Source: Lepidodermella squamata (taxonomy: Eukaryota; Animalia; Gastrotricha). From it: a stretch of 64,000 bases of DNA. Location of the stretch: positions 1 through 64,000 of the forward strand of contig JBLDXI010000006.1 in the NCBI GenBank assembly GCA_047495785.1. The letters are read 5' to 3'. Below are positions 21,638 through 36,200 of this stretch, piece after piece (the first letter of the stretch is position 1; each line of letters starts with the position of its first letter). A program made the translations under genes and the position numbers. Below the pieces are notes generated by a model. That model had not been told where the DNA came from. It made no database searches and saw only the letters and a program-made list of their open reading frames with translations.

Positions 21638-24600
21638 TCACCCAATGGTTTCGCCACCGTCGTCCGGCGGTTGGGCGGCGCATTCCTTCTCACAAATGGC
21701 GCCGTTGAGTTTGCTGTTGCACGACACGTCGTCCCACTGGCCGTCGCCGGACACTCGGACGCAGATACTTTGCCCGCCGCCACAAGCGTGTGTGTAATCC
21801 GGTTGGCCTAAGAACCAACTGTCGGTGTAAGTCACCTGAGCACCACTCGAACTGCCCCAGAAAAATGGGCTGTTAGCTACACCACTTTCAGTAATCGCAG
21901 CAATCCAAAGGCCATTGCAGCCCCAGCCCAAGCCGAGGTCTGAAATATTCAATCGATTAAGATAGCGGTTATGATGTGAACATCGCGAAGTGAACTTACT
22001 AACGAATGGGACGATTTCAGATTGCTTGACAGCGTCGTCAATAATAGCAATGCGTAGTCCGAAGTTGGCACAAGCCGAACGAGCCCCGTCCCAATCCAAA
22101 TTCGGTACCAGTAGAGGGACAAATCGCTTGCCCGCCGTGCAATCAAGATCAAACCCTAACGCGGCATTTCAAACGTCGTAGCGTAAAATAACCAAAACGT
22201 CAAACCTTGCTGGCACTGAGCCTTGTTCGTAAATGTAGTCATAACGACCTGTAATTACCTTCGTAAAGCAACGAATTTTAAAGCTGAAAACTGATCTTAC
22301 TGAATCATCAGGGCAAGCATAGTTGGCAGGAACGCAGAGGAGTGGGGCGTTGTTCTTCACACAAAGCTTGAAAGGTTTCTATTCAAAGAGGGATGATATT
22401 GATATTAGAATGAAAGTCTCGAAGTTACGCTATCGTCGACTGCTGATTGGCAGTCCGCAGTATTCCCATTCAGAGTGCCCTGGTTGTCGAAAGACCCGAT
22501 CTAAAAACACAGCTATGCATCAATGGAATTTGCTTTCGAAGGGGAATATTACCAGGTACTGTCCTTGAGGGCATCCATTTTCCTTCTGTGTACAGGAGCT
22601 GCTAGCAGCGCCATAGCAGAGCACGGCAGTGATACCTGGGCAAACCTTCTCGCAAATCGCACCATTCAGTACCGAGCCGCAGGGTAAGTCATCCCAAGTT
22701 CCTGTTGACGACATTCGAACGCACGTCCCGGGTCCGGAACCGCAGTACGTGGAGAAATCAGGCTGGTTAACTTCCCAGTTCGTATATCCGAACGCCAGGC
22801 CAGAAGCGTCGCCCCAAAAGTAAGTTCTCTCTAATGTACCATCGCCATTATGGCCGCCGATCCACAAGCCGTTGCAGCCCCAGTTTAGTCCCAAGTCTGG
22901 GGGAAAGCATCGTGTAATAAAATGGATGTAATTTACAGAAGCTTACTCCCTAAAGGTCCAGCAGCAGCCTGTTCTTCAGGGGTGTCGATGATAGCGAGAC
23001 GCATGTTGGGGAGACCGCTACATATTTCGCTAGCCGCCTGCCAGGTGATCGGTTTGAGGAATCGCTTGTATTTGTCCGCAGCCGAGCAGCCAGTGTTTTC
23101 CCCTGTAATGAAACAGGCCGGTTCGCTCTTTTAATTTTTGGTAGATATCAATAACTAACATGATACAGATGTTTCGTAATCGTCGAAAATGATTCCTGTT
23201 TCGATCTGTAGAGATAAACATCAAATTCAAATCAAGTTAAACCGTCGCCAATAACTGACCGAGTCCTGAGGGCTTGGTAGGTTGATTGGAATCGAAATGT
23301 AGATTGTTCTGATTATAACTATCTTGTGCGGGACCTATATAAAACAGCCTATTGATATCAAGATTTAGTACACAAAAAACTAACTGATCGATCGACAGAG
23401 GCGTTGCAAGCCGCTTCGTTTTCTGCTAGCGTCGCTGCTTCGTCGTAGTAGTTTGTCTTCAAAGAAAACAATTTAGTAAAAACCCATTCATAAGGAATAT
23501 TTTTGTACAAGTGAAGTTCCCGCGGGGCATGGCACGCTCTGGCTCTGGCAGTTGTAGGTTCCAGGGCCCATGCAGAGAACTGCCGTAGATGCAGGGCATT
23601 GCAGCTCGCAAATTGCACCGTCCAATTTGGCTCCGCAGGCAACGTCGTCAAAGGTACCATCTGACGCCATTCGCATGCAGTAACCGGGTCCAGGACCGCA
23701 TTCATCCGTCGCGAAATTCGGATTGCCAGCTGCCCAGTTCGAAAAGACGACTTCACGGCCAGGCAGGTCGCCCCAGAAGAATTCTCGTGACAGTGAACCA
23801 TTGCCGCTCTGGCCACCTATCCACATGCCGTTGCAACCGAAAGGCTTGTTTAGATCTATAAAACATCTCTTATAATTAATTAAAATGCGTCGAACAGGCT
23901 TACTCGAGTAGACAGTGGCCGCTGTCTTTTCGATCGTAGTGTCGACTTGAGCGAGGCGAGTGTTCAAACTAGCACATGCTTGGGCGGCTTGGCCCCATGT
24001 TTTGCTGAAGTACAACGGCGCAAATTTCGTAGCCGCAGAGCAACCAAGATTGAGCCCTATTGAGAAATAGAATGAAACCATATCCTGGAGCTTTGAGCTA
24101 AGTTACAGGGTTGGCAATGAGCGATGTCTCGGAAAACGAAACCAGCATCGACCTAATGTAAACAATTGAACAGGGCGTTCAGCGTTGAGAGAGGCAGCTA
24201 ACCTGGCCGGATGGGCAAGCCAGCTCGAGCGACCTGCATCGCTTCGGTGTCCGGTTGATTGGATCAACGCAGAGTTTAGCCTACACCAAAACCTTGATAA
24301 GAAGCTGAGGAGAAAAAGGTGAACTCACTTTTTTGTTCTCTTCGTCGAGGCATTCAGCGTAGTTGGTGGCAAAGGTTGTTGACGAATCGTAAATTTTAAG
24401 CTGAGTTAAAGCCAGATCAATTCATTGTTTCATCGAACTGATAATTAGTTACTTGTGGCGATCCTGGAGGGCAGAGGTTGTAGCATCGGTCAGCAGTCGG
24501 CATTTCACACAGAACGGCTTTCTAAACAGCAAAATTACAATAAATCTCTAAAAATTCCATGATATTTCTCACCCATGAGAGGCAATTTTCGAGGAAGATG

Positions 24601-25550
24601 TAAGCACCACGTGAATACTCGGCAGTTTCGTTGTTGGCCAAGCAGCCTGACTCGGCGAGGCGACACGCCGTGTACTGTCTCGTCGTCTTATCAAAGCACC
24701 TGATGTGCGGTTTTCGTTGGACAGGAACATTTACTAAGAACGAGCAAAAACGAAATCATTGAGCAGAGCCATTTCAAAAAAAAATTCACCTTTCCCCTCC
24801 AAACAGCTGGCCATATTGTTGAAGTTCCCTTCGTCCTAATAGAAAAACATCCGATGAATGAACTCGGGATGCCTCGGGAATACAACAAACCTCGAGATTT
24901 TTGGGACATGTGTCAAACTGTGACGGAACACATGTGATGATTTGATTATTAGCCGTGCATCGTTTGGCTGGTAATTCCTACCAAATGACAAGAAAATTGA
25001 AAAAACAGCCCCTTTTCAAGAAAATTACCGGAAATAGTGGAATGTCGTTGAGGCAATCTTTGAAATTATAGCCCATCAAATCGAAGCCGTGATAATCAAA
25101 AAGCTGGGCGGAGAAAATTGAGGTAATCACGCCGATGAGTAACTACGGCCACCCACCTTAATTTCATTTGCGCGGCAAGGATTATTTCCAGATCGACACT
25201 TGAATGTTAAAGAGGCGTATTCGTAGCACAATCTAGCGCTCTGAATTAATTGAAAGCAAAGGTTTTTACAAAGGAAATTTCCACGCAAAAATGACGTACC
25301 CCTAATTTGCAATCGGCATCAGATGAGTAAACTTTGGTCCCCTTGAACATAAATTGGATTGGAATGAGAACTACACAAATCATAAACCAACCTTGAACTC
25401 GAGCAGCCTCTTACAACCCTTCTTAAGAGTTCGACATTGAACGAAGGCGTTGTTGAATTGCGAATAGCATCGAACAAGCTCGTGGCACGAAGTTTGCTCA
25501 AAAGCAAAGGTGGCTAACAGTACAAGAGAGATTAAACAGCTATTCATCAT
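21638..25550 (-). CDS. Cys-module / triple C-type lectin protein, paralogue B (multi-exon)
   Basis: MMNSCLISLVLLATFAF signal peptide; CTLDs with NPNF, QPDF, QPDY; consistent short GT-AG introns. Confidence 0.85.
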
Positions 25551-26792
25551 TTGAAAACCAAAATGAATGAAAAACTATAGTTGTTTTTACAATTTTGAAG
25601 GCGGGCTCACTCCAGACGCGTGTCATCACTCTCATACCCACTTTTTTGAAAATTGTTTATCAACAGTAAGCTAATATAGAAGGACTCAAGTCTCAGTACA
25701 GTTCAGCAGAAAGTGATTTCCTGGCGCCTCACCACAGAAGTGACGTGGTATTCCAATATAGGCTCTGCTGTGAGAAAACTACATGAGATGTGTTAACCAC
25801 ACACAAAAAAGACGGTTCAACACAGCAAGTACGCGCCTGGAAAAGATAAATTTATAATTCAGAGGCAACTTCGAGCTATGAGCTTCGTGATATGAGCTTC
25901 GATAGAGCAGTGTTTTTGTGAACCGTCGATATCCTGCAATTTGATAACCCGAGCTGCTAATAATTTCATCCAAGGTGTATATCAGAAACAATATCGGACA
26001 AATCACGGCGACGAAAAAACGTCGCTGTGCCAAATATGAGACAAATCCCATTTCCTTTGATTCAGATATTCCCAGATATTCGTAAGTGAAAGAGAGTGCG
26101 CTTGCTTTGGTTGGACACGCCCATTCGACGGCTATCAAACAGGAAAGTCGCCGAAATCGCCGAAGGAGAGCAGGTGGGAGTCCGCCTTTCTAAGCTACGA
26201 AAAGCCTTGCCCACTGAACAATTACGAACGAAATGGCAAAACTAGACGCAGCTATAGGAACATCTGCTCTCTGTTACCAAAATTAGTGTTCTGTAAAATT
26301 AGTTCTCGCCCAGTGATTCCAGCCCCAGTTTCGACGACCGTATTGCACTAAAAATACGAAAGTATTAGCGAATTTTAGCTTCAGTTTGAAATCAGTGGTG
26401 AAGACCTTCAAGCTGTCGACTTCAAAACTGCTGTCAAAGCTATCGACTCCATAACTGACGTTTTCTTAACACGTTTTGTCAGTCTCTCGCAGCAAAATAC
26501 AGCATCGTATGATCGCATGCTCAGCTTATCGTCGCTGTTTTGCGTATTACCTGCGGCATTCAGCTTCAATCAACGCTACGGGGTCGTTCTCGGCTCAGCT
26601 TTCTCCACTTTTCGACAGCCTCTTTCACCGCCGTATTTAATACCATTTTTAAGCCGAGACAAATTTTCGCATGAAAATATGTGCGCAAAGACTTCCAGAT
26701 AATTCAGGTCAACTCAGTGACATGTCAGCCATTCACGCGGCAATTAGATTCATTAATAATTTTTCAATTATCAATTATCAATAATTGATATA

Positions 26793-28343
26793 CAGTATGG
26801 GGCATAAATATTGAGCCGACTTTATTTATTCACAGCGTAGTCATTTCGGCTCCGATTCTCACATATCTTATGCCGTTGGAAAGCCTATGAAAAATAATGT
26901 ATTCCCCTAAAAGTTCGCTCAAGGGATTCGGACCGAATACAAGTTGTAGCCAGTTTAAGAAGTCGAGCTGGTTACTCTAAATCACGTAACTTTATTTTAT
27001 AACTAAGGGAGTTTTGAGCTCCATTGAGCTCTAAAAAGTCCCTATTTCAACTGGGCTAGCTGTAAAATGACCCAGATAGCCATGAATCTGCCGAAAAAGG
27101 TCATTTTTCGCGACATTTTGTGGCAGAAGAGACTTGCGCAGGCATGCTACGGATAACAAGCCTTAGCTTTTTCGATTGCTTGCGAGCTTGCTAAGTGTTG
27201 TCGTAGGCTTTATTTCATGCCAAAGTTGTCGAATTAGTTTTTGAAGTTGATTTCTAACCCTATGAGTGAAAAATGATCTATCTGCTCTTCATCACTGGAC
27301 TGGGGTCTCGCTTATTTGGCTAATATTGGGGGTGTGTGCCTATATGGTATACCTTCTCTTTATCTCTCCGTTGAGCACGCATTAAGCACCGGTTTGGTGG
27401 AATGCTTGATTCCGTTGAGCATTATTAAGCATTTCGTTGAGCGCGATTAAGCACCTCATTCAGCAACGTTGAGCACGTTGAGCGCGAATTGAGCATTCTC
27501 ATTGAGCACATTGAGCTTCTTCAAGCAGCCATCAAGCACTCGTTGGGCACTCGTTGGGCACTCGTTAAGCACCTGTTGAGCACCCCATTGAGCACCCAAT
27601 GGTAATTTACAAACTGGAAATTGTTTTCAGCTCATCGAAAATTTGATTTTTTTTACCCTATCCACAGCGTCTAAGATGCTTCCAAACCAATCGTACTTAA
27701 AAAAATCAAAAACTAAAACAAAAATATTTTTACACTGAACTAATATTTTTAATCAATTCTTAGAGTTTTTATGACAAATTAAAATTAAATGTTGCCGCAG
27801 TTTTTTACAATGTTTGGGTGCTTTATGCTGGTCAGACATAATGTTGTGCAGGACGTTGAGCAGTTGGAATCTCGTTTAGCAACCTTTAAGCACAGATTGT
27901 GCACAGATTGAGCACGGATTGAGCACGGATTGAGCACTTTAAGCACAAGTTGTGCAATTGAGCAAAAATGCTCAACGGAGAGATATTATTATCGCATCAT
28001 CGTGTCGCAATGGGGCATATATCAATGTCCCAAATCATTGCCAGAGATGCCTGGAGCATGCCGGGATAGTGACGTGTCAATTTTTTAGGGCTTGGAAGCG
28101 TCCAGAGTTTGCCTTCGATGTGTACGAAAACTAGAATTTAAATTTTTGAAAGATTTTTGTGCGATCAACACGGCTTCTTAAACTTGCTACAACTTGGATT
28201 CGGTCCGGATCTCTTGAGCGAAATTTTAGGGGAATAAGCTATTTTTCATAGGCTTTCCAACGGCATAAGATATGTGAGAATCGGAGCCGAAATGACTACG
28301 CTGTGAATAAATAAAGTCGGCTCAATATTTATGCCCCATACTG
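26793..28343. mobile_element. Non-autonomous Tc1/mariner element with ~170-bp TIRs
   Basis: TA|CAGTATGGGGCATAAATATTGAGCC... and its exact reverse complement ending ...CCCCATACTG|TA; first ~100 bp of the TIR perfect. Confidence 0.93.
27363..27983. mobile_element. Nested MITE with TTGAGCAC repeat arrays
   Basis: TIR TCTCTCCGTTGAGCA / TGCTCAACGGAGAGA, 2-bp flanks (TA, or AT if shifted by one base), many T(T/G/A)GAGCAC-like units. Confidence 0.75.
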
Positions 28344-29380
28344 TATTATGTGCAACTTTGATCATTGTGAACATTGCTCGTGACAGCTCGTGCTCGTTTG
28401 CATCACGTAGCCCAGTGGTGAGCAAACTCGGTTTTTCCGGACTGGTGACCGGTTGATGCTGTTTTGGCGGCCGCTGGCCTTTTAGTTCAGTAGCATTAAG
28501 CGCGGCCGGTCGAGGCTTGTGCAGTCGACGGTTTGTGATGAAATGAGAGGAGATTCCCAACATCTTCAAAATCTTTTTCAGTATTCTATAGTTCTAGCCA
28601 CCATAATTTTATGTAGTAGTAATTTGGGTAATTTTTGCTTGCAAAGTGATGGCTGAAAATTGCGACTATCGAAAATCTGATCGATGAACTATGTATTGTG
28701 CTAGGTTTTGGCGGTTTGTTCATCCTTCAGTGACATAGCGCAAGATTCCCACTTTGTCTTGTCCGCTTTCAAGTTGATAGAACGGAGAGATTTCATAAAC
28801 CTCTGGCGGTGATTTGAAATATTTGGAACCAAGGATTGCAACGGATCAATCGTGGTATACAATTGTGTTGTATTCAAATTGCAAATCTGTGTAGTCTGCA
28901 AGCGACACGAAGACTGAAACCAAGATAAGGAAACAATGATATCAATCGAGAAGGCTGTGTAGCCTTGCGACCGCTTAGGGACATTTACGGCCTCCAAAAT
29001 CGCCGGTAGTTTAAACACTTTGCGAACCACTGATGTAGCCGTACTACCGAACGGAGCAGACAACTTGATATCGCTTCATGTCTTGATAGTCGAGCGTGCC
29101 ACGGCCAGTGGCAACAAGTTCAACAGCAAAGCTAGTATTGTTCAAGTTAATGACCGGAATTCAGAACGAATAGGAAAACGAAGAGCCAAGTCAATCGACT
29201 TCAATTCACCAGAATCTCATATGTACGACATCTCATGCATGTGATAATTTATTCATAAACTCAAAAATAAAGATTATAATCAGAAGGCGGGGGTTCAGAT
29301 AATAATTCAAGTTATTTTAAAGACTATCGACTTCACTTGTCCACAATAACGTTACCGCAACCTTCTAATGATTACACTGT

Positions 29381-32300
29381 CTAACGGGTAGTTGTGCACA
29401 CCTTCTCACAAATGGCGCCGTTGAGCCGACTGTTGCACGACACGTCGTCCCACTGGCCGTCGTAGGACACCCGAACGCAGATACTTTGCCCGCCGCCACA
29501 CGCGTGCGTATAATCTGGCTGCCCTGCAAACCAACTGTCGGTGTAAGTGACCTGATCACCACTCGAGTCGAACCAGAAAAACGGGCTGTTAGTTGCGCCG
29601 CTTTCAGTAATCGCGGCGATCCATAGACCATTGCAGCCCCAGCCCAAGCCAATGTCTACAGTAATCAATCGTTTAACATGGCTGCAATACTGTGAATATC
29701 GCAAAGTGAACTTACTAACGAATGGGACGATTTCCGATTGCTTCGTAGCAGAATCAATGACAGCCAGACGTAGTCCGAAGTTGTTGCAAACTTGCAAAGC
29801 CCCGTTCCAATCCAAATTCGGTACCAGTATAGGGACAAATCGCTTGCCCGCCGTGCAATCGAGATCAAGCCCTAATTCAGGATTTCAAAGGTCGGGGCGT
29901 ATAATGTCCAAAAGATACAAACCTTGCAGGCATTTAGCCTTGTTCGTAAATGTAGTCATAACAATCTGAAATTAACTAGGTAAAGCTACAAGTTTCAAAA
30001 GCTGAAAGCGCAACTCACAGAATTATCAGGACAAGCATAAGTGTCTGGTACGCAGAGGAATGGAGCGTTGTTCTTAATACAAAGCTTGAATGGTTTCTGT
30101 GCAAACAGGATGAAATTGAAATTCCGATAAGAATGAAGGAATAGAAGTTACGCTATCGTCGACGGCTGATTGACAGTCCACAATGTTTGCATTAAGACTG
30201 CCCTTGTTGTCGAAAGATGCGATCTAAAGAAACATCTATTAACATCAACAGATCTTATGATCAACCAAAAGATGTCACCAGGTACTGATTTTGAGGGCAT
30301 CCGTTTCCTATTGGTGGGCAGGAGCTGCCTGCAGCGCCATAGCAAAGCCCAGCGGTGATACCAGGGCAAATGTTCTCGCAAATTGCGCCATTGAGCACCG
30401 AGCCGCAGGGGACGTCATCCCAAGTTCCTGTTGACGACATTCGAACGCACGTCCCGGGTCCGGAACCGCAAGACGTTGAGAAATCAGGCTGGCTAGCTTC
30501 CCAGTGTGCATAGCCGAATGCTGGACCAGTCGCGCCGCCCCAAAAATAGGTTCTCGCGAGTGCACCATCGCCACTACGGCCGGCGATCCACAAGCCGTTG
30601 CAGCCCCAGTTTAGTCCCAAACCTGCGGAGAAAGCAGAATTAAATTGCCGGAATTAAATGTTGTTTAACGCTTACTCCCTAAAGGTGCAGCAGCAGCCTG
30701 TTCTTCAGGAGTGTCAAGGATAGCTAGACGCATGTTGGGGAAACCGCTACATATATCGCTCGCCGCCTGCCAGGTGATCTGTCGGTAAATCGGCCTGAAT
30801 TTGTCCGCAGCCGAGCAACCAGTGCTTTCCCCTGGAATGGAACAAGCCGATTCGAGTACTTTATGAAAGATAACGATAACTCACATGACACAGATGTTTC
30901 GTAATCCTCGAAAACGATATCAGTGTCGAACTGTAAATAAAAAAACATTGCTATCAAATACAACCGGCGCCATAAACTGACCCAGCCCTCAGGAATCGGT
31001 AGGTTGATGGAAATGGAGATGTAGATTGATTCGTGCACAACTATTCTGTGTGGAACCTATGAAAAACAACCTATCGGTATCAGCATTTAGCAAGCAACTA
31101 ACTAACGGATCGATCGACAGAGGCGTTGCAACTCGCTTCGTTTTCCGCTAGTGTCGCTGCTTCGTCGTAGTAGTTGGTCTTTTAAGAAGGGTATATGAGA
31201 AAAATCATTTTCAAAGAAATGTTTCTTACAATGTAAGTTCCCGCGGGGCATGGCAGGGTCGAGACTTGACAATTGAAGGTTCCAGGGCCCATACAGAGAA
31301 CTGCCGTAGATCCAGGGCACTGCAGTTCGCAAATGGCACCGTCCAATGTCGCTCCACAGGTGACATCATCGAACGAACCGTCAGACGTCATTCGCATGCA
31401 GTAGTTGGATCCAGAGCCGCATACGCTGTTCGCAAAATTGGGATTGCCAGATACCCAGTTCGAAAAGACGACTTCACGGCCGGGCAAGTCGCCCCAGAAG
31501 AAATCTTGCGACTGTGAACCATTGCCGTTCTGGCCGCCAATCCACATACCATTGCAACCAAACGGCTTGTTAAGATCTGAAAACCAGTTGGTTAGCCAAT
31601 TCAATTGCATCAAATAAGCCTACTCGAGTAAATAGTCGCAGCTGTCTTTTCGATCGTAGTGTCGACTTGAGCGAGGCGAGTGTTCAAACTGGCACACGCT
31701 TGGGCGGCTTGGCTCCATGTTTGGCTGAAGTACAACGGCGCATATTTCCAAGCAGCAGAGCAACCAATAGTGAGCCCTGTTGAGAAGTAATAGAATCTAA
31801 TAATATTCCGGGGCTTTTACAAAAATTACATGGTTGGCATTTTGCGTGGTAATTTGCGTCCGGAACCGCAAGACGTTGAGAAATCAGGCTGGCTAGCTTC
31901 CCAGTGTGCATAGCCGAATGCTGGACCAGTCGCGCCGCCCCAAAAATAGGTTCTCGCGAGTGCACCATCGCCACTACGGCCGGCGATCCACAAGCCGTTG
32001 CAGCCCCAGTTTAGTCCCAAACCTGCGGAGAAAGCAGAATTAAATTGCCGGAATTAAATGTTGTTTAACGCTTACTCCCTAAAGGTGCAGCAGCAGCCTG
32101 TTCTTCAGGAGTGTCAAGGATAGCTAGACGCATGTTGGGGAAACCGCTACATATATCGCTCGCCGCCTGCCAGGTGATCTGTCGGTAAATCGGCCTGAAT
32201 TTGTCCGCAGCCGAGCAACCAGTGCTTTCCCCTGGAATGGAACAAGCCGATTCGAGTACTTTATGAAAGATAACGATAACTCACATGACACAGATGTTTC

Positions 32301-34698
32301 GTAATCCTCGAAAACGATATCAGTGTCGAACTGTAAATAAAAAAACATTGCTATCAAATACAACCGGCGCCATAAACTGACCCAGCCCTCAGGAATCGGT
32401 AGGTTGATGGAAATGGAGATGTAGATTGATTCGTGCACAACTATTCTGTGTGGAACCTATGAAAAACAACCTATCGGTATCAGCATTTAGCAAGCAACTA
32501 ACTAACGGATCGATCGACAGAGGCGTTGCAACTCGCTTCGTTTTCCGCTAGTGTCGCTGCTTCGTCGTAGTAGTTGGTCTTTTAAGAAGGGTATATGAGA
32601 AAAATCATTTTCAAAGAAATGTTTCTTACAATGTAAGTTCCCGCGGGGCATGGCAGGGTCGAGACTTGACAATTGAAGGTTCCAGGGCCCATACAGAGAA
32701 CTGCCGTAGATCCAGGGCACTGCAGTTCGCAAATGGCACCGTCCAATGTCGCTCCACAGGTGACATCATCGAACGAACCGTCAGACGTCATTCGCATGCA
32801 GTAGTTGGATCCAGAGCCGCATACGCTGTTCGCAAAATTGGGATTGCCAGATACCCAGTTCGAAAAGACGACTTCACGGCCGGGCAAGTCGCCCCAGAAG
32901 AAATCTTGCGACTGTGAACCATTGCCGTTCTGGCCGCCAATCCACATACCATTGCAACCAAACGGCTTGTTAAGATCTGAAAACCAGTTGGTTAGCCAAT
33001 TCAATTGCATCAAATAAGCCTACTCGAGTAAATAGTCGCAGCTGTCTTTTCGATCGTAGTGTCGACTTGAGCGAGGCGAGTGTTCAAACTGGCACACGCT
33101 TGGGCGGCTTGGCTCCATGTTTGGCTGAAGTACAACGGCGCATATTTCCAAGCAGCAGAGCAACCAATAGTGAGCCCTGTTGAGAAGTAATAGAATCTAA
33201 TAATATTCCGGGGCTTTTACAAAAATTACATGGTTGGCATTTTGCGTGGTTCGGGAAAACGAAACCTGCGTCAACCTGAATAAAAACAAATGAAACTTGT
33301 CTAGCACGAATGTCATAGATCTTAGAGTTACCTGGCCAGATGGGCAACTCACGTCGACAGACCTACAACGTTTCGGCGCTCGGCTGATTGGATCAACGCA
33401 GAGTTTAGCCTATATATCAAAACCAGATAATTGACCAAGCTGGGAGGAAAAAAGGAAAACTCACCGGTTTGTTGTCTTCAGCGAGGCATTCGGCGTAGTT
33501 GGTAGCAAAAGTTGTTGCTGAATCATAGATTTTAAGCTGGATTTAAAAGAAACCTGATTATTCTTTTCTATTTAACTGAAAGTTAATTACCCGTGGCGAT
33601 CCTGGAGGGCAGAGGTTGTAGCATCGGTCAGCTGTCGGCATTTCACACAGAACAGCTTTCTAAATGGATAATTAAACGTGAATAAATCTTCGAAAATTCT
33701 ATGATATTTTTTCTCACCCATGAAAGGCAGTTTTCCAAAAAGATGTAGGCACCACGGGAATACTCGGCAGTTTCGTTGTTGGCCAAGCAGCCTGACTCAG
33801 CAAGGCGACACGCCGTGTACTGTCTCGTCGTCTTATCAAAGCACCTGATGTGCGGTTTTCGTTGGACAGGAACACTCACTGAAAGCGAGAAAGTATTAGG
33901 CAGAGCCATGTTAAATTTCAAAAAAAAATCACCTTTTTCCTCCAAACACGTAGCCATATTAATGAAATTCCCTTCATCCTAATTCGAAAACATCCAGTAG
34001 AATTGACGTGATTTGCCTCAGTAAAACAGCTAACCTCGAGAGTTTTAGGGCAAACGCCAAATCGGGACGGGACGCATGTGACGATTTGATAGTTGGAGGA
34101 GCATCGTTTGGCTGGCAATTCCTGAAAGCAATGGCGAGTAATTTGAAAAAACCATTATCTTTCAGATTTTACCGAAAATGTTGGAATGTCGTTCAGGCAA
34201 TCTTCGAAATTGTAGCCCATCAAATCGAAGCCGTGATACTCGTTAAGCTGGAATCACAAAAGTAGAGGTTGGACCATTCATCATCAACGAGCAATCAGGG
34301 CCACCTACCTCAATTTCATTTGCTCGGCAAGGTGTATTTCCAGATCGACACTTGAAAGTTAGTGCGCCGTACTCGTAGCACAGTCTAGCACTCTGGTTGA
34401 ATAGGAAACAGACGATAAATGAGCGATTAAATTCGAAGCTAAATTACTCACTCCTAATTTGCAGTCTTCGTCGTCGGAATAAACTCTGGTGCCCTGTACC
34501 AAAATCGGACTCAAATTAAATGGAATAAATTGATTATCCAACCTGGAACTCGATCAGGTCCTTGCAACCTTTCTTAAGAGTTCGACATTGAACAAAGGTG
34601 TTATCAAATTGCGAATAGCATCGAACAAATTTGAGGCACGAAATTTGCTCGAAAGCAAAGGTGGCTAGTAGTAAAAGGGATATTAAACAGCTACTCAT
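29381..34698 (-). CDS. Cys-module / C-type lectin paralogue C with an internal 1.4-kb tandem duplication (frameshifting if read straight through; may be a pseudogene)
   Basis: MSSCLISLLLLATFAF start; same exon series as B and D; duplication junction reads SGRKLPRKMPTM. Confidence 0.75.
30458..33250. repeat. Tandem duplication 30458-31850 = 31858-33250 with a 7-nt filler AATTTGC
   Basis: ORF track shows identical ORFs offset by exactly 1400 bp; I saw no mismatches by eye. Confidence 0.95.
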
Positions 34699-35394
34699 TT
34701 TTTGCTAAAATGAATGAAAAATAATAATTTTTTACACTTTTAAAGGCGAGATCACGCTGGACGCGTGTCATCTCGGCGCAGCGGGGTCAAAAGCGGTCAA
34801 ACGAACCGTAACGGTGCTAAATTGGAACAATCTGTCTCATTGAGTACAGTTAACCACAAAAAATTAGGATAATTGGAAGTTCTTGGATGTCAAAGAGGTA
34901 CCTTTTGCCGATTTATTGTGCTAAATTAGGGATTTTTTCAGTATTACCTGGAATTTATGATTGAATTTCTCAAAGAAATTAGGACAGCAGCGTGCTATTT
35001 TTGGACAGCCCATTTGCATAACAGTAGTTTTCAAACACGCGCGTTTGCTATTTTTTCATGATTTTGATCAGGCAAGGTGCCATAAAACTAATGAATTAAA
35101 GATAAAACAACGACACTCTTTAACAGATTATTTCTCGGCAGAAACTAACTCCCGCTCACCTGTCAAGAAATACAGGCAGCGGTACCAGGTCCACCCATAT
35201 AGATTGAATCTCAACCCAGGGTTACAGTTTGATGTTTGATGCAATTTTTGTTGAAATTATCGCATTTTAAGTTTGAGAACTTATGAAAATTGTTGTTAAA
35301 CACATAGTACTCTAGAGGAAGCTACATAGTAAACATAGTAAACATAGTAAACATAGTAATTTTGCATAATAACACTTTTAAGTTGGATTTTTTA

Positions 35395-36200
35395 AAAGGC
35401 GCGAGCGAAGCGAGCAACGCATTTTAGCGACCGAAAACCTTGCCCCGCCGTGAAACGCGAGCAAAGCGAGCATCACGGGGCAAGGTTTTCGATCGAGCAA
35501 AGCGAGATGAGTCGAGCGTAGCGAGAAGGCAGTGTGCTATCGAACTTAAATTTTTTCGAGCGCAGCGAGAAAAACTATTCAAAACTGTGATGCGACCGTA
35601 GAACGCCCTATCGTCTTGTTATTTCGGTAGAGCAAAGCTAGATTGATAATGTTTCAAGGTCCTTCACAATGTTTCAACACCTTGCTATCACGAGAAAATC
35701 CTTCTATAGTCATTTCAGTTTCTATTCCAGAATCGCATAGAAAATGCATATTGGAAACCAACAAAATAATTGAAATCCCTGCTTAGATCAGTTTAAAGCG
35801 AATGATTCTCAAACATTCGCTCATTTTTTATGCTTCCGACACCGAAACTGGCTGAGAAACATCGAAAAATTGGGCGTTTAGCGACGCGCAAAGCGATTCA
35901 GAATAACCAGATTGCAAATTTGGAGCTTTTTAGTTTTAAGGTGGATTTTTTATTCTTTCAAAATCGCTCTTCCTATGCGATTTTTCGCATTTTTTAGGGG
36001 TATTTACCCACGTAAAACGAAGAAGGTAACAGCTTCCTCCCGAGTACTATGTAAAATAGAGCCCACGATACGACTAGTTTCTCGGAAAAATCAGATAATA
36101 AGCCTCGGCTTCGCCTCGTCTTATTATGTGAGTTTTTCCTCGAAACTGGCCTCCTCTAGGGCTCTATGTAGAGAGAGCCCTAGAGGAGGCCAGTTTCGAG
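35395..36200. repeat. Repeat-derived segment with GCGAGCGAAGCGAGC-type motifs and a perfect 27-bp-stem hairpin (36139-36200)
   Basis: CTCGAAACTGGCCTCCTCTAGGGCTCT / AGAGCCCTAGAGGAGGCCAGTTTCGAG; larger imperfect palindrome centred on CCTCGGCTTCGCCTCG. Confidence 0.6.
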
